The notes below the pieces were generated by a model. That model searched no databases and was not told the DNA's origin. It saw nothing but the letters and a program-made list of their open reading frames with translations. From IMG/VR virus record IMGVR_UViG_3300031873_000004, positions 15,432-79,431 of that record: 64,000 nucleotides of DNA, one strand, 5' to 3'. Shown here one piece after another: positions 37,572 to 45,851 of this stretch. Source of the DNA: a virus. The stretch's first letter is position 1, and the number at the start of each line of letters is the position of its first letter. The position numbers were made by a program, and so were the translations under genes.

Positions 37572-38698
37572 GCGTGACTGATCGCGCCGTATTGAACGTG
37601 AACGGTAAACCGTTTGATAAAGGCTGGGATGAAATACGGGTGAGCAGCTCGATGGATGCGCTGTCTATCACATTTGATTTTACATGTACTCAGCAGCGCC
37701 CGTTCAATCGAGCCGAGTGGGAAATTCAGATGGGGTCTGTGTGCTCCGTTTCAATGGGCGGTCAGTTGCTCGCTACAGGGTATATCGAGGATATTGACAT
37801 TGACTACAACGCAACCAGTCATACAGTGCATGTTTCGGGTCGCGATAAACTTGCAGATATAGTTGATAGTGCTTCAGACGGAACTGTGCTTCATTGGAAA
37901 GCATCCAGTGCTCGCACTATCATTGCAGCACTCGTCAAACCGTTCGGCATTACCCTCGTGGTTGATCCAAAAGTCAAGGCGCTCATGAATGAAGCCATTA
38001 GCCCGCAAACTCTTCAGGGAGGCGATGGTGTATTCGACATCATCATGAAGATATTGAAGCTACAAGGCACAGTCGGTATTGCAATGGCCGATGGAAATTT
38101 ATTAGTGACCGAAGCGGGTGCGTATAACGGTAAAGAATACCGAGCAACTGATAAGATAGAAAGCGGCGTGAATGTGATTCGAGGGGCGCTGAAACAGTCT
38201 GATAAAGATCGCTTTCAATATTACTTTACCAAGGGTTATTCAGAAAGCATAGACACTGCTGCCGGAAAACACCTGTCATATTTTGATAAATTCAAAGATG
38301 ATGGTATTCGTCGTTTCCGCGCAATGGCTCTCAATGTTGAAACCGCCGGAGACTTTAAAAGCGGGAAGAGTCGTGCAAAGTGGGAAGCTAAGTATCGTGC
38401 CGGGAAGAGTCGTGATTATGGATACTCCGTTCAGGGCTGGAAACAGAAATCGGGAGCCTTATGGGATATTAATATGCTGGTGGAAGTGACCGACGAGATG
38501 TTTGGTCTTATTCCCGGTGGCATCGATCAAACACTTCTCATAAATTCGATTGAGTTTGTACAATCGGCATCAGCGGGCACATTATCAAATATGAAATTGG
38601 TGAGTCCTGAGAAATGGAAAGCCCAAGCCAAACTCGATTCTATCAAAGCCATGTCCGATGGCACCACCTCAGCAAGTAGTTATAAATTGGGGAGCTGA
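37568..38698 (+). CDS. Mu gpP-like baseplate hub
   Basis: GW.EIRV, TGYIE, VSGRDK.ADIVD, VQGW.Q..G.LW. Confidence 0.9.
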   Translation: MSVTDRAVLNVNGKPFDKGWDEIRVSSSMDALSITFDFTCTQQRPFNRAEWEIQMGSVCSVSMGGQLLATGYIEDIDIDYNATSHTVHVSGRDKLADIVDSASDGTVLHWKASSARTIIAALVKPFGITLVVDPKVKALMNEAISPQTLQGGDGVFDIIMKILKLQGTVGIAMADGNLLVTEAGAYNGKEYRATDKIESGVNVIRGALKQSDKDRFQYYFTKGYSESIDTAAGKHLSYFDKFKDDGIRRFRAMALNVETAGDFKSGKSRAKWEAKYRAGKSRDYGYSVQGWKQKSGALWDINMLVEVTDEMFGLIPGGIDQTLLINSIEFVQSASAGTLSNMKLVSPEKWKAQAKLDSIKAMSDGTTSASSYKLGS

Positions 38699-38703
38699 AA
38701 TAA

Positions 38704-39282
38704 ATGAACACGGATGCATTATCACGATTGCTCAACCCAATCAAGTCACGTATATATAACGTGATCGGTCGAGCTGTTGTGACGGCTATGAACAACAATA
38801 ATAAGACGCTGAAGTGTCAGATTGTTTTGTTTCAGCAAGACGTATATGATGGGATTGATGTATTGCAAAATTATGGATTTGAGAGTTTAATCGATTCAAC
38901 CGATGCCGAAAACGAATGTCTTGTTTCAAGCATTGGCGGTAACAGGAATTTGAGTGCCGCTACAGCCATTCACAATCGGACTCACCGCCCCAAGACACTC
39001 ACCGCAGGCGAGGTGATGGTGTACAGCAAATTCGGTCAGACAATTCATCTGAAAGCCGACGGCTCCATTGCACTTATTCCAGCAGCAGGCAAGAGTGTCG
39101 ATCTATATGGAACGGGTGGGTCGCCCGTGACGCTTGAGACTATAATCGCCAAACTCAACGGTCATAAACATAGTACGATCGTTCCCACACACGGTACAAT
39201 ACAGTCAAATGATATGAAGACCGACGGTGTTGAGCTGATTGCTGGAACTGATAGCGCAGCAAACGTGAAGGCGAAAGCATGA
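38704..39282 (+). CDS. Mu gp45-like baseplate spike
   Basis: QNYGFES, GGNR, GEVMVY, NGHKH. Confidence 0.88.
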   Translation: MNTDALSRLLNPIKSRIYNVIGRAVVTAMNNNNKTLKCQIVLFQQDVYDGIDVLQNYGFESLIDSTDAENECLVSSIGGNRNLSAATAIHNRTHRPKTLTAGEVMVYSKFGQTIHLKADGSIALIPAAGKSVDLYGTGGSPVTLETIIAKLNGHKHSTIVPTHGTIQSNDMKTDGVELIAGTDSAANVKAKA

Positions 39283-40586
39283 CCCTTAATATTAAATGGA
39301 ATAACTGGCGCGACCGGCTCAAGGATGCTACCTTCAGGGACGTTCCATTCAAGGTGATGTCTACCACGAGCGAGGGTGGTCGTCGATCCGTGCTGCACCA
39401 GTATCCGTTTGACGACACTCCGTACTGGGAAGACCTCGGCAAGGAAGCGAACACATACCAGTTACAGGCGTATGTCATAGCTAATTCGGCAAACAGCTTC
39501 GATTATTTCGCTGAGCGGGACAACCTCATCTTCGTGCTGGAGCAGGAAGGTCCGGGAACACTCGTCCATCCCTTCTTCGGTCAGATAGCCCGTGAGGTAG
39601 GCGTTCAGGGAAAATATAAACTTGATGAGTCGTTTGCCGAGGGTGGGGTTGCTCGCTTCACCATTACGTTTGTGGATGCGGGGCGATCCGCTCAGCCAGC
39701 ATCCGGCGCGGTTACGAGCGCAAGCCAAGTTGATACTGCGGCTTCGTTCATTGTGGTTAAAGCTACCAATCCTGTATCTGACTTGTTGACCCAGATGGCA
39801 AATGCAAGAAATAAAGTCAGGAAATACGCGCTCATGGGAACGGCTGCGATTCAGGGCGCGACCAACATGATCAATAATGTATACACCACCCTCACGAATA
39901 TCCAGACCAATGTGGTGGGAGCGACCAGTTTTGCGCAGACCACCCTTGCCCAGTTGCGAGCTGCCCTCGTTGCTATTGTCGGCTTCCCGGATCAATTTGT
40001 CACCGCGATAAAATCAACTCTCAACACCTACTCCTCGTTCGGTGCTGGGCTTTCCGCATCGGACACTTCTGTAGTTAAAGCTGCGTTGAGGATGAGTGAA
40101 ACGCCGAGCACCATTATTCCTATACCGGCAGCACTCGACACGGCTCCCGGTCGTGTGGAAGAGCTTGCTATGCAGTATGCGATGACTGAAGCAAACATGG
40201 CTGGTGGATTAGCCGAAGCTATACGAGCCGCTTCGGTTGTGGAGTATTCGAGCTACGATCAAGCCACAGCCATGCTGAACGAGCTTATTGCAGCCATTGA
40301 CCGAGTGCTGGATTATATAGGGTCTCATTCGCAGAATGACGATCTTATTGCTTCGATTGAAGGTATCAGACCACTCATAACAAACTTGCTGCTTCAGAAG
40401 GGTGCGAGTTTGCCGCCGATAAAAAATGTGGTTATTCCTGGCGATCCTCAGCCAGCACTCATACTGTCGCAGAGACTGTACGGTGACATTGCTCGCGACC
40501 AAGAGATCATTGACATGAACATCATACAGATGCGCCACCCCGGATTTCCAGAAGCCGGTACGACTATCCGAGTACTGAGCGAGTGA
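39279..40586 (+). CDS. Mu gpN-like DNA circularisation/tail initiator protein
   Basis: WRDRL..ATFR.VPF, GRR...HQYP, GPGTLVHP, PAL.L...LYGD..R, HPGF. Confidence 0.92.
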   Translation: MTLNIKWNNWRDRLKDATFRDVPFKVMSTTSEGGRRSVLHQYPFDDTPYWEDLGKEANTYQLQAYVIANSANSFDYFAERDNLIFVLEQEGPGTLVHPFFGQIAREVGVQGKYKLDESFAEGGVARFTITFVDAGRSAQPASGAVTSASQVDTAASFIVVKATNPVSDLLTQMANARNKVRKYALMGTAAIQGATNMINNVYTTLTNIQTNVVGATSFAQTTLAQLRAALVAIVGFPDQFVTAIKSTLNTYSSFGAGLSASDTSVVKAALRMSETPSTIIPIPAALDTAPGRVEELAMQYAMTEANMAGGLAEAIRAASVVEYSSYDQATAMLNELIAAIDRVLDYIGSHSQNDDLIASIEGIRPLITNLLLQKGASLPPIKNVVIPGDPQPALILSQRLYGDIARDQEIIDMNIIQMRHPGFPEAGTTIRVLSE

Positions 40587-40590
40587 GCCG

Positions 40591-41076
40591 ATGCCGAACG
40601 ATTTAAGCCTTGTATGGAATCAGGATTTGCAGGTATGTGAGATTGACTTCTCGACAGAGACAAATGACCTCGTCATGTCGAAGTCGCTTCTGACTTCAGT
40701 GCTAGTGAGCTTGTTCACCGATGCGAGGGCGTCAAATGACGAGACTCTTCCTGACCTGAATAGCACTGATCGACGAGGTTGGTGGGGTGACTCGACCAAT
40801 ACCCAGAAGGAACTCGATACGGTTGGGTCGAAGCTGTGGCTCATTGAACGAGAGAAAAGCACAGATGTCGTGCTCGTTAAATCAAAGCAGTACATCGAGC
40901 AGGCTTTAAAATGGATGACTGATGAGGGTATTGCTGAACGCATCGTGGTGATAACAGAAGCTCAGCCAATTCCGCGTTCCGGGACGGTTATTCTCGCGTA
41001 TCAAGTTCAGATATACAAGCCTGGCGGAGTGGCTGAGAATTACAAGTTTGAGCAAGAGTGGAGGGCGACTGTATAA
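40591..41076 (+). CDS. Mu gp46-like baseplate protein
   Basis: VSLFTDARA, RRGWWGD, GSKLWL..REK. Confidence 0.92.
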   Translation: MPNDLSLVWNQDLQVCEIDFSTETNDLVMSKSLLTSVLVSLFTDARASNDETLPDLNSTDRRGWWGDSTNTQKELDTVGSKLWLIEREKSTDVVLVKSKQYIEQALKWMTDEGIAERIVVITEAQPIPRSGTVILAYQVQIYKPGGVAENYKFEQEWRATV

Positions 41077-42182
41077 TGGCATTTTCAAGACCAACACTTC
41101 AGCAAATTATTGATCGCATAGCGGCGGACTTCGTATCGAAGATCACAGGCTCGCTCACGCTGGCTCTTCGCTCCGTGCTGCTCATCATGGCAAGGGCGTA
41201 TGCAGGGGCTGTGCACTCACTTTACGGATACCTCGACAATCAGAGCAAGGAGCTGTTTGCCACGACCGCAACAGCTGATGCTGATGGTGGTAAGCTGGAT
41301 ACAATTGGGCTTGAATACGCGCTCCCTCGCAATGCTGCGGTGGCGGCATTCGGAACGATAGCCTGTACGGGCACGCCCGCAACGGTCATCCCGGCGGGAA
41401 GCGCTCTCAATTCAACCGCAGGCAATAGATATACCACGGATGCTATAGCAACGTTAGATGGCGCTGGAAATACAACCGTGACAGTCACTTGCGATACAGC
41501 GGGAGTGGCCGGAAACGATAGTGCCGGAATCACGCTCACATTTGAATCGCCTATTGTAGGATTGACCTCAACTGCGACGGTGGATGCAAATGGACTTGTT
41601 GGCGGAGCTGATGTTGAAATAGATGACGATTATCGCGCTCGTATACTGGCGAGGAAGCAACTAGCCCCGCACGGAGGAGCGAAGCACGACCTCATCAACT
41701 GGATGCTGGAGGTCGATGGAGTGACTCGCGCATGGGCATATCCGCTATATCAAGGCGCGGGCACAGTGGCTCTTCACTTTGTGCTGGATGCTCAGTTGCC
41801 GATCACCCCAACCGCATCTCAAGTCACGTCGATGGTATCTTATTTGACTGAACATACAGGAAGCGAAGGTCAGGTATGGGGCGTGGCGGTCACAATGCTT
41901 CCTGGAATGTTTGTTGGTCCGCCAGTTCTCAAAAATATTGACATGAACATCAAAATAAAGCCAAATACGGCCGCAGTGCAAGCAGCCGTGACGACTGCCA
42001 TTGATGATTATTTGTATCAGTATGGAGTGCCAGATGGAGTCATATACCTGTCACAGCTTGGGCAAGCTATCGCAGCTTCCGCAGATTTAACCGTTCACCA
42101 GGTGACCATTCCTGCGACCGATGTAACCTTATTATATAATGAGTTGGCTGTACGCGGCATAATCACATGGAGCACATACTAA
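41076..42182 (+). CDS. Baseplate J (Mu gp47-like)
   Basis: FSRPTL, GGADVE.D..YRARI, HGGA, GVTRAW, GAGTV. Confidence 0.92.
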   Translation: MAFSRPTLQQIIDRIAADFVSKITGSLTLALRSVLLIMARAYAGAVHSLYGYLDNQSKELFATTATADADGGKLDTIGLEYALPRNAAVAAFGTIACTGTPATVIPAGSALNSTAGNRYTTDAIATLDGAGNTTVTVTCDTAGVAGNDSAGITLTFESPIVGLTSTATVDANGLVGGADVEIDDDYRARILARKQLAPHGGAKHDLINWMLEVDGVTRAWAYPLYQGAGTVALHFVLDAQLPITPTASQVTSMVSYLTEHTGSEGQVWGVAVTMLPGMFVGPPVLKNIDMNIKIKPNTAAVQAAVTTAIDDYLYQYGVPDGVIYLSQLGQAIAASADLTVHQVTIPATDVTLLYNELAVRGIITWSTY

Positions 42183-42914
42183 ATGGCTCGTGACTGGAAT
42201 TCATACTATAGACTGATACGCTCTTTGTTCCCGCGAGGACGTGCGTGGAACATAGACAGTGGGGTGATGAAGGAGCTTGTGCAAGGGAAAGCGGTTGAAC
42301 TTGCGCGGGTGGATGCGCGGGTGGATGCTCTATTGCTCGAACGAAGCACGCTTACAGCAACCGAACTACTTGAAGAGTTTGAGACCGAGTTTGGGTTGCC
42401 TGACGGGTGCATCGACCCGTCGACATACACAACGGCTGAACGCAGAGCAACGCTGAACACCAAACTCAAATCACTCGGTGGGTTGCGTCCGAATTATTAC
42501 ATAGCTCTTGCCGAATCGCTTGGCTATACAGGTGTGACAATAACCGAATACACTCCGTTCTGGTGCGGGCTCGGAGTAAGTGGCGATCCGTGCGGCGACC
42601 AGGAGACAATATTTTACTGGACGCTCAAATGGACATATGACTTGACGAAGCCGCTGCAAGACGGATGGGATTTGGAATGTCTCGTCAATCGTTATAAACC
42701 GGCACATACGGTGGTTATAGTACTGATGACTGGACCGCCATTCAGCAACGCATTCAGCAACGCGTTTTACGCAATGCCTGCAGTGAGCTTGCTTGGCGGA
42801 GCATTCAGCTTAGAATTTGACAATGCGTTTGATGTGAATTATGGAGGCGGATTCGATTCAGTTGCATTCGCTGATGCGTTTGCAAAACCAGGCGGTCAAT
42901 ATTTTGGATATTAA
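42183..42914 (+). CDS. YmfQ/Mu gp48-like baseplate protein with Phe-repeat extension
   Basis: LFPRGRAW, GLPD.C, LECLVNRYKPAHT; tail FSNAFSNAF. Confidence 0.88.
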   Translation: MARDWNSYYRLIRSLFPRGRAWNIDSGVMKELVQGKAVELARVDARVDALLLERSTLTATELLEEFETEFGLPDGCIDPSTYTTAERRATLNTKLKSLGGLRPNYYIALAESLGYTGVTITEYTPFWCGLGVSGDPCGDQETIFYWTLKWTYDLTKPLQDGWDLECLVNRYKPAHTVVIVLMTGPPFSNAFSNAFYAMPAVSLLGGAFSLEFDNAFDVNYGGGFDSVAFADAFAKPGGQYFGY

Positions 42915-42928
42915 AAGGAGGTAGTAAG

Positions 42929-43510
42929 ATGCCGGATACACAAAGAACAAGGGCAGCACTGCTCGCACTCATGGCAGACAATGCAGTGGGTAACATTTCC
43001 GCTCAGGATTTCAGGGACTTCATGGTCACGGTGATGAACACCGAATTTGTCAACACGGGTGACTTCTGGGCTCAGCCTTCTGCTGATGCACTCACCACAG
43101 ATCAGTCGATCCGTGGGTGGATTCAGTATTCGCAGATCATCGCATCGCAAGGTATCAGCTTCGGGCGAGTACTGTTCTTGACACCGAGTGGCTGGAAACC
43201 CGCAGGTGCAAGCGCTACAGCCGATCACGCAGGTGTTCTGGGAGTAGCTGGCGGTAACTATGCCTCGATGGAATCACAGGCTCAAATCCTGCGCAGAGGG
43301 TTGGTATTCAATATGAGCGCATCGCTTGCATTGAGCGCACGCATAGGCGGATACGTCTATCTCGGCTCCGGGGTCACAGGTAGCATTGCATCGGCAGCGG
43401 TGGCGAGCAACGTGGTTGTCGGATGCGTCGAGCTGAGTGCTGTCGGGGATGGCGGACTGACGAGCTACAAGTGGCGCTTTGAGCCTATGTGGGGCGTGAC
43501 GTCTGCATAA
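42929..43510 (+). CDS. Putative short fibre/decoration protein
   Basis: ADNAVGNISAQDFRD N-terminus; S/A/G-rich. Confidence 0.55.
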   Translation: MPDTQRTRAALLALMADNAVGNISAQDFRDFMVTVMNTEFVNTGDFWAQPSADALTTDQSIRGWIQYSQIIASQGISFGRVLFLTPSGWKPAGASATADHAGVLGVAGGNYASMESQAQILRRGLVFNMSASLALSARIGGYVYLGSGVTGSIASAAVASNVVVGCVELSAVGDGGLTSYKWRFEPMWGVTSA

Positions 43511-43570
43511 GCAAATACAGCCGGGTACGCTCGCATAGGTGCTCGGCATTTCTTGCAAGAGGTGAGCTGA

Positions 43571-44653
43571 ATGGATAGAACAAACGGTGCGAATAATATC
43601 AACGTGGGCGGCAAGCGCAAGTTTACAGACGGACCTCCTGGGACGTGCGTTGAAGAGGGTTTCCTGAACGGTGTGCAGGAAGAGATAATGGCTGTGATCG
43701 AGGGTGCGGGACTTGTGCCCGACGCCAATGTCAACACTCAGCTCCGTGACAGCATCTTCGCTACCGTCTCCGGTGGTGGGTTCTTCAACGTGCCAGCTAT
43801 AGGCTTGAGCATAGGTTCGGGCGGACTCGGCGCATATACCAGCGGCGGCAACTCTGTGATGGATGGCGAGTATCACTTCACCGACTTCACCTTGCAGAGT
43901 GCGCATCAGCTCAGCGTGGGCTCAACTGGCATTCTCATTATTCGCTGCACGGGGACGGCGACGATCAACGGTAGTGTGAACGGTGCGGGAACTGTTGGGG
44001 CAAGTGGATCAACCGCCGGACTTCCTTATGGTAGTGGGGGTCATGGTGGAGGTGGGGGTGGTGCCGGAGGTTACGGAGCTGGTGGAAGTGGAGGGATTCC
44101 TCTATCTGTTAATTATGCGGGTAATGCTGGTGGATTTTGGTCTGCTGGTTCGGGAACCAACAACGGCGGAACCGCTGGTTCAGGAAAAACAAACCCACTA
44201 CTTTTACGATTCCATGCGGGAATCATGGGAGGAAGTGGCGGTTCTAATTTGGGATCATGTGGTCAGCCCGGTGGTAGTTTAGTGAACGTTACAGAATGGA
44301 CAATATGTAATTTTATTTCAATGAATGTTTTATTCGGAGGAGGAGGAGGCGGTGGGGGAAGTCCGACGGCCGGACTCGGTGGTCCAAGTGGAGGCGGTGG
44401 GGGTGGAGGTGGTTCTTTTATATTGATTGTTGCCCCTTCGATATTAGGTGCAGGATCAGTTAATTCTAATGGTGGATATGGTGGTAGCTCTACGAGTGGT
44501 GCCGGAGGAGGAGGAGGAGGGGGAGGCGTTGCTATAACCGTATCGAAAAATACGCCGTCAATTTCAATCTCTGCGGTAGGTGGCTCGGCAGGGTCAGGAT
44601 CATTCGTCGGTAGTGCGGGATCGAATGGATTTGGAAAAAGTTACCACCCTTGA
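43571..44653 (+). CDS. Tail fibre with glycine-rich C-terminal domain
   Basis: FTDG...FLNGVQEE...AGLVPD...QL N-terminus; polyglycine tracts. Confidence 0.8.
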   Translation: MDRTNGANNINVGGKRKFTDGPPGTCVEEGFLNGVQEEIMAVIEGAGLVPDANVNTQLRDSIFATVSGGGFFNVPAIGLSIGSGGLGAYTSGGNSVMDGEYHFTDFTLQSAHQLSVGSTGILIIRCTGTATINGSVNGAGTVGASGSTAGLPYGSGGHGGGGGGAGGYGAGGSGGIPLSVNYAGNAGGFWSAGSGTNNGGTAGSGKTNPLLLRFHAGIMGGSGGSNLGSCGQPGGSLVNVTEWTICNFISMNVLFGGGGGGGGSPTAGLGGPSGGGGGGGGSFILIVAPSILGAGSVNSNGGYGGSSTSGAGGGGGGGGVAITVSKNTPSISISAVGGSAGSGSFVGSAGSNGFGKSYHP

Positions 44654-44654
44654 T

Positions 44655-45077
44655 TTATATAGAACTGCATTTGTGTAAATAATCTGTTTTATGATCAGCG
44701 TCCAATTTGCCAGTTATCCAATGTACTATTTCGTGATTTACTGCGAGAGAATACAGAGGTATGAGATCATGAGTATAGATTGGTGACTGGACTTGAGTAT
44801 CGATTGATACAAATAATATATCTGCATAGATACATCCATAAGTGTTTGGATTATTTTCATTACACCAGAACAGAGTATCTACAATAACAAAGTACGGGTC
44901 GCCCTCACGGGCGTACCCGTACTCTTTCATACACGCCTGCACGCTTGCCACCTGCTCGGTAAGCGCGGCGTCCTGACTTGCATACCCCTCCCACAGTATA
45001 GCATTCCATCCGTGCGGCGTGTTGTCTTGCTGCCCGCATCCTGCAATTAGCATAATCGCTATCAACAAAACTCTCAT
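44655..45077 (-). CDS. Lipoprotein with HExxH motif
   Basis: LIAGC lipobox; HEIVH. Confidence 0.6.
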   Translation of the reverse strand: MRVLLIAIMLIAGCGQQDNTPHGWNAILWEGYASQDAALTEQVASVQACMKEYGYAREGDPYFVIVDTLFWCNENNPNTYGCIYADILFVSIDTQVQSPIYTHDLIPLYSLAVNHEIVHWITGKLDADHKTDYLHKCSSI

Positions 45078-45164
45078 TTCACAGCCCTCTCACCCGCCCA
45101 CGCACTCCTCCCGCAGCACGAGTGCTACGCAGACGAATATCACTACGATGAGTATTCGCATAGT

Positions 45165-45410
45165 CTATCCTTGACCATAGCCAGAGCCATAGCCATAGCC
45201 ATAGCCATCGCCAGAGCCATAGCCATAGCCATAGCCATAGCCAGAGCCATGGCCATAGCCAGAGCCATCGCCATAGCCAGAGCCAGAGCCAGAGCCAGAG
45301 CCATAGCCATAGCCATCGCTAGAGCCAGAGCCATCGCCATAGCCATCGCCATAGCCAGAGCCATCGCCATAGCCAGAGCCATAGCCATCGCTAGACGTTA
45401 CTGTTTCCAT
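45165..45410 (-). CDS. Gly-X (GY/GS/GD) repeat protein encoded by a hexamer array
   Basis: GGC-TAT/TCT/GAT units; start overlaps upstream gene end. Confidence 0.55.
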   Translation of the reverse strand: METVTSSDGYGSGYGDGSGYGDGYGDGSGSSDGYGYGSGSGSGSGYGDGSGYGHGSGYGYGYGYGSGDGYGYGYGSGYGQG

Positions 45411-45769
45411 ATCTCAACCCCGTTGATTGATTTTACAGCCTTTGCAGAGCATTTGTCGATTTCGATCACTTCCGTTAAAATCAACTCAGCAACCGCAACC
45501 GGAAATTTGCACTCTTTCGGTTTACTCGTCCCTTCCATCGCAAGCTGTGAGAGACTTGCCGCACCTGCCCACATCCACAACCGCCGAGCATTTGTCATCT
45601 CAACTTCTTTCCCGTTGCGGGACTTGATGTGCCCGAAGAACACACCAGCTGAGTTAGTGCGCACGATGTAATAATCCGCGCTCATTTCGGGCTGCTCCTT
45701 TATCAAGTCCTTCCTGATATATTCAGCTTCACTTCCGTCTTCGTTCTTCAACATAACAGAATGTAACAT
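45398..45769 (-). CDS. DUF6948-like phage protein
   Basis: IVRTNSAGVFFG, ARRLW.W.GA.SLSQLA..G. Confidence 0.7.
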   Translation of the reverse strand: MLHSVMLKNEDGSEAEYIRKDLIKEQPEMSADYYIVRTNSAGVFFGHIKSRNGKEVEMTNARRLWMWAGAASLSQLAMEGTSKPKECKFPVAVAELILTEVIEIDKCSAKAVKSINGVEIWKQ

Positions 45770-45804
45770 TTTTATCCTCCCGTGAATTATTTACCTTCTT
45801 GACT

Positions 45805-45834
45805 TATTATACTAGACTCACGTCGTTTAGTTAT
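45805..45834 (-). promoter_or_regulatory. Non-consensus promoter class, copy 3
   Basis: ATAACTAAACGACGTGAGTCTAGTATAATA. Confidence 0.6.
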
Positions 45835-45851
45835 GACGATTTGAAAATAAT

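Noticed and set aside
33510-44653. Transposable Mu-like phage, tailocin or CIS
   Set aside because: Only the tail is Mu-like; no transposase is seen, and a full HK97 head and terminase are present
45143-45671. Alternative-frame ORFs (MAMALA.., IARAIA..) and similar ORFs at 63678-63959
   Set aside because: By-products of stop-free hexamer repeats
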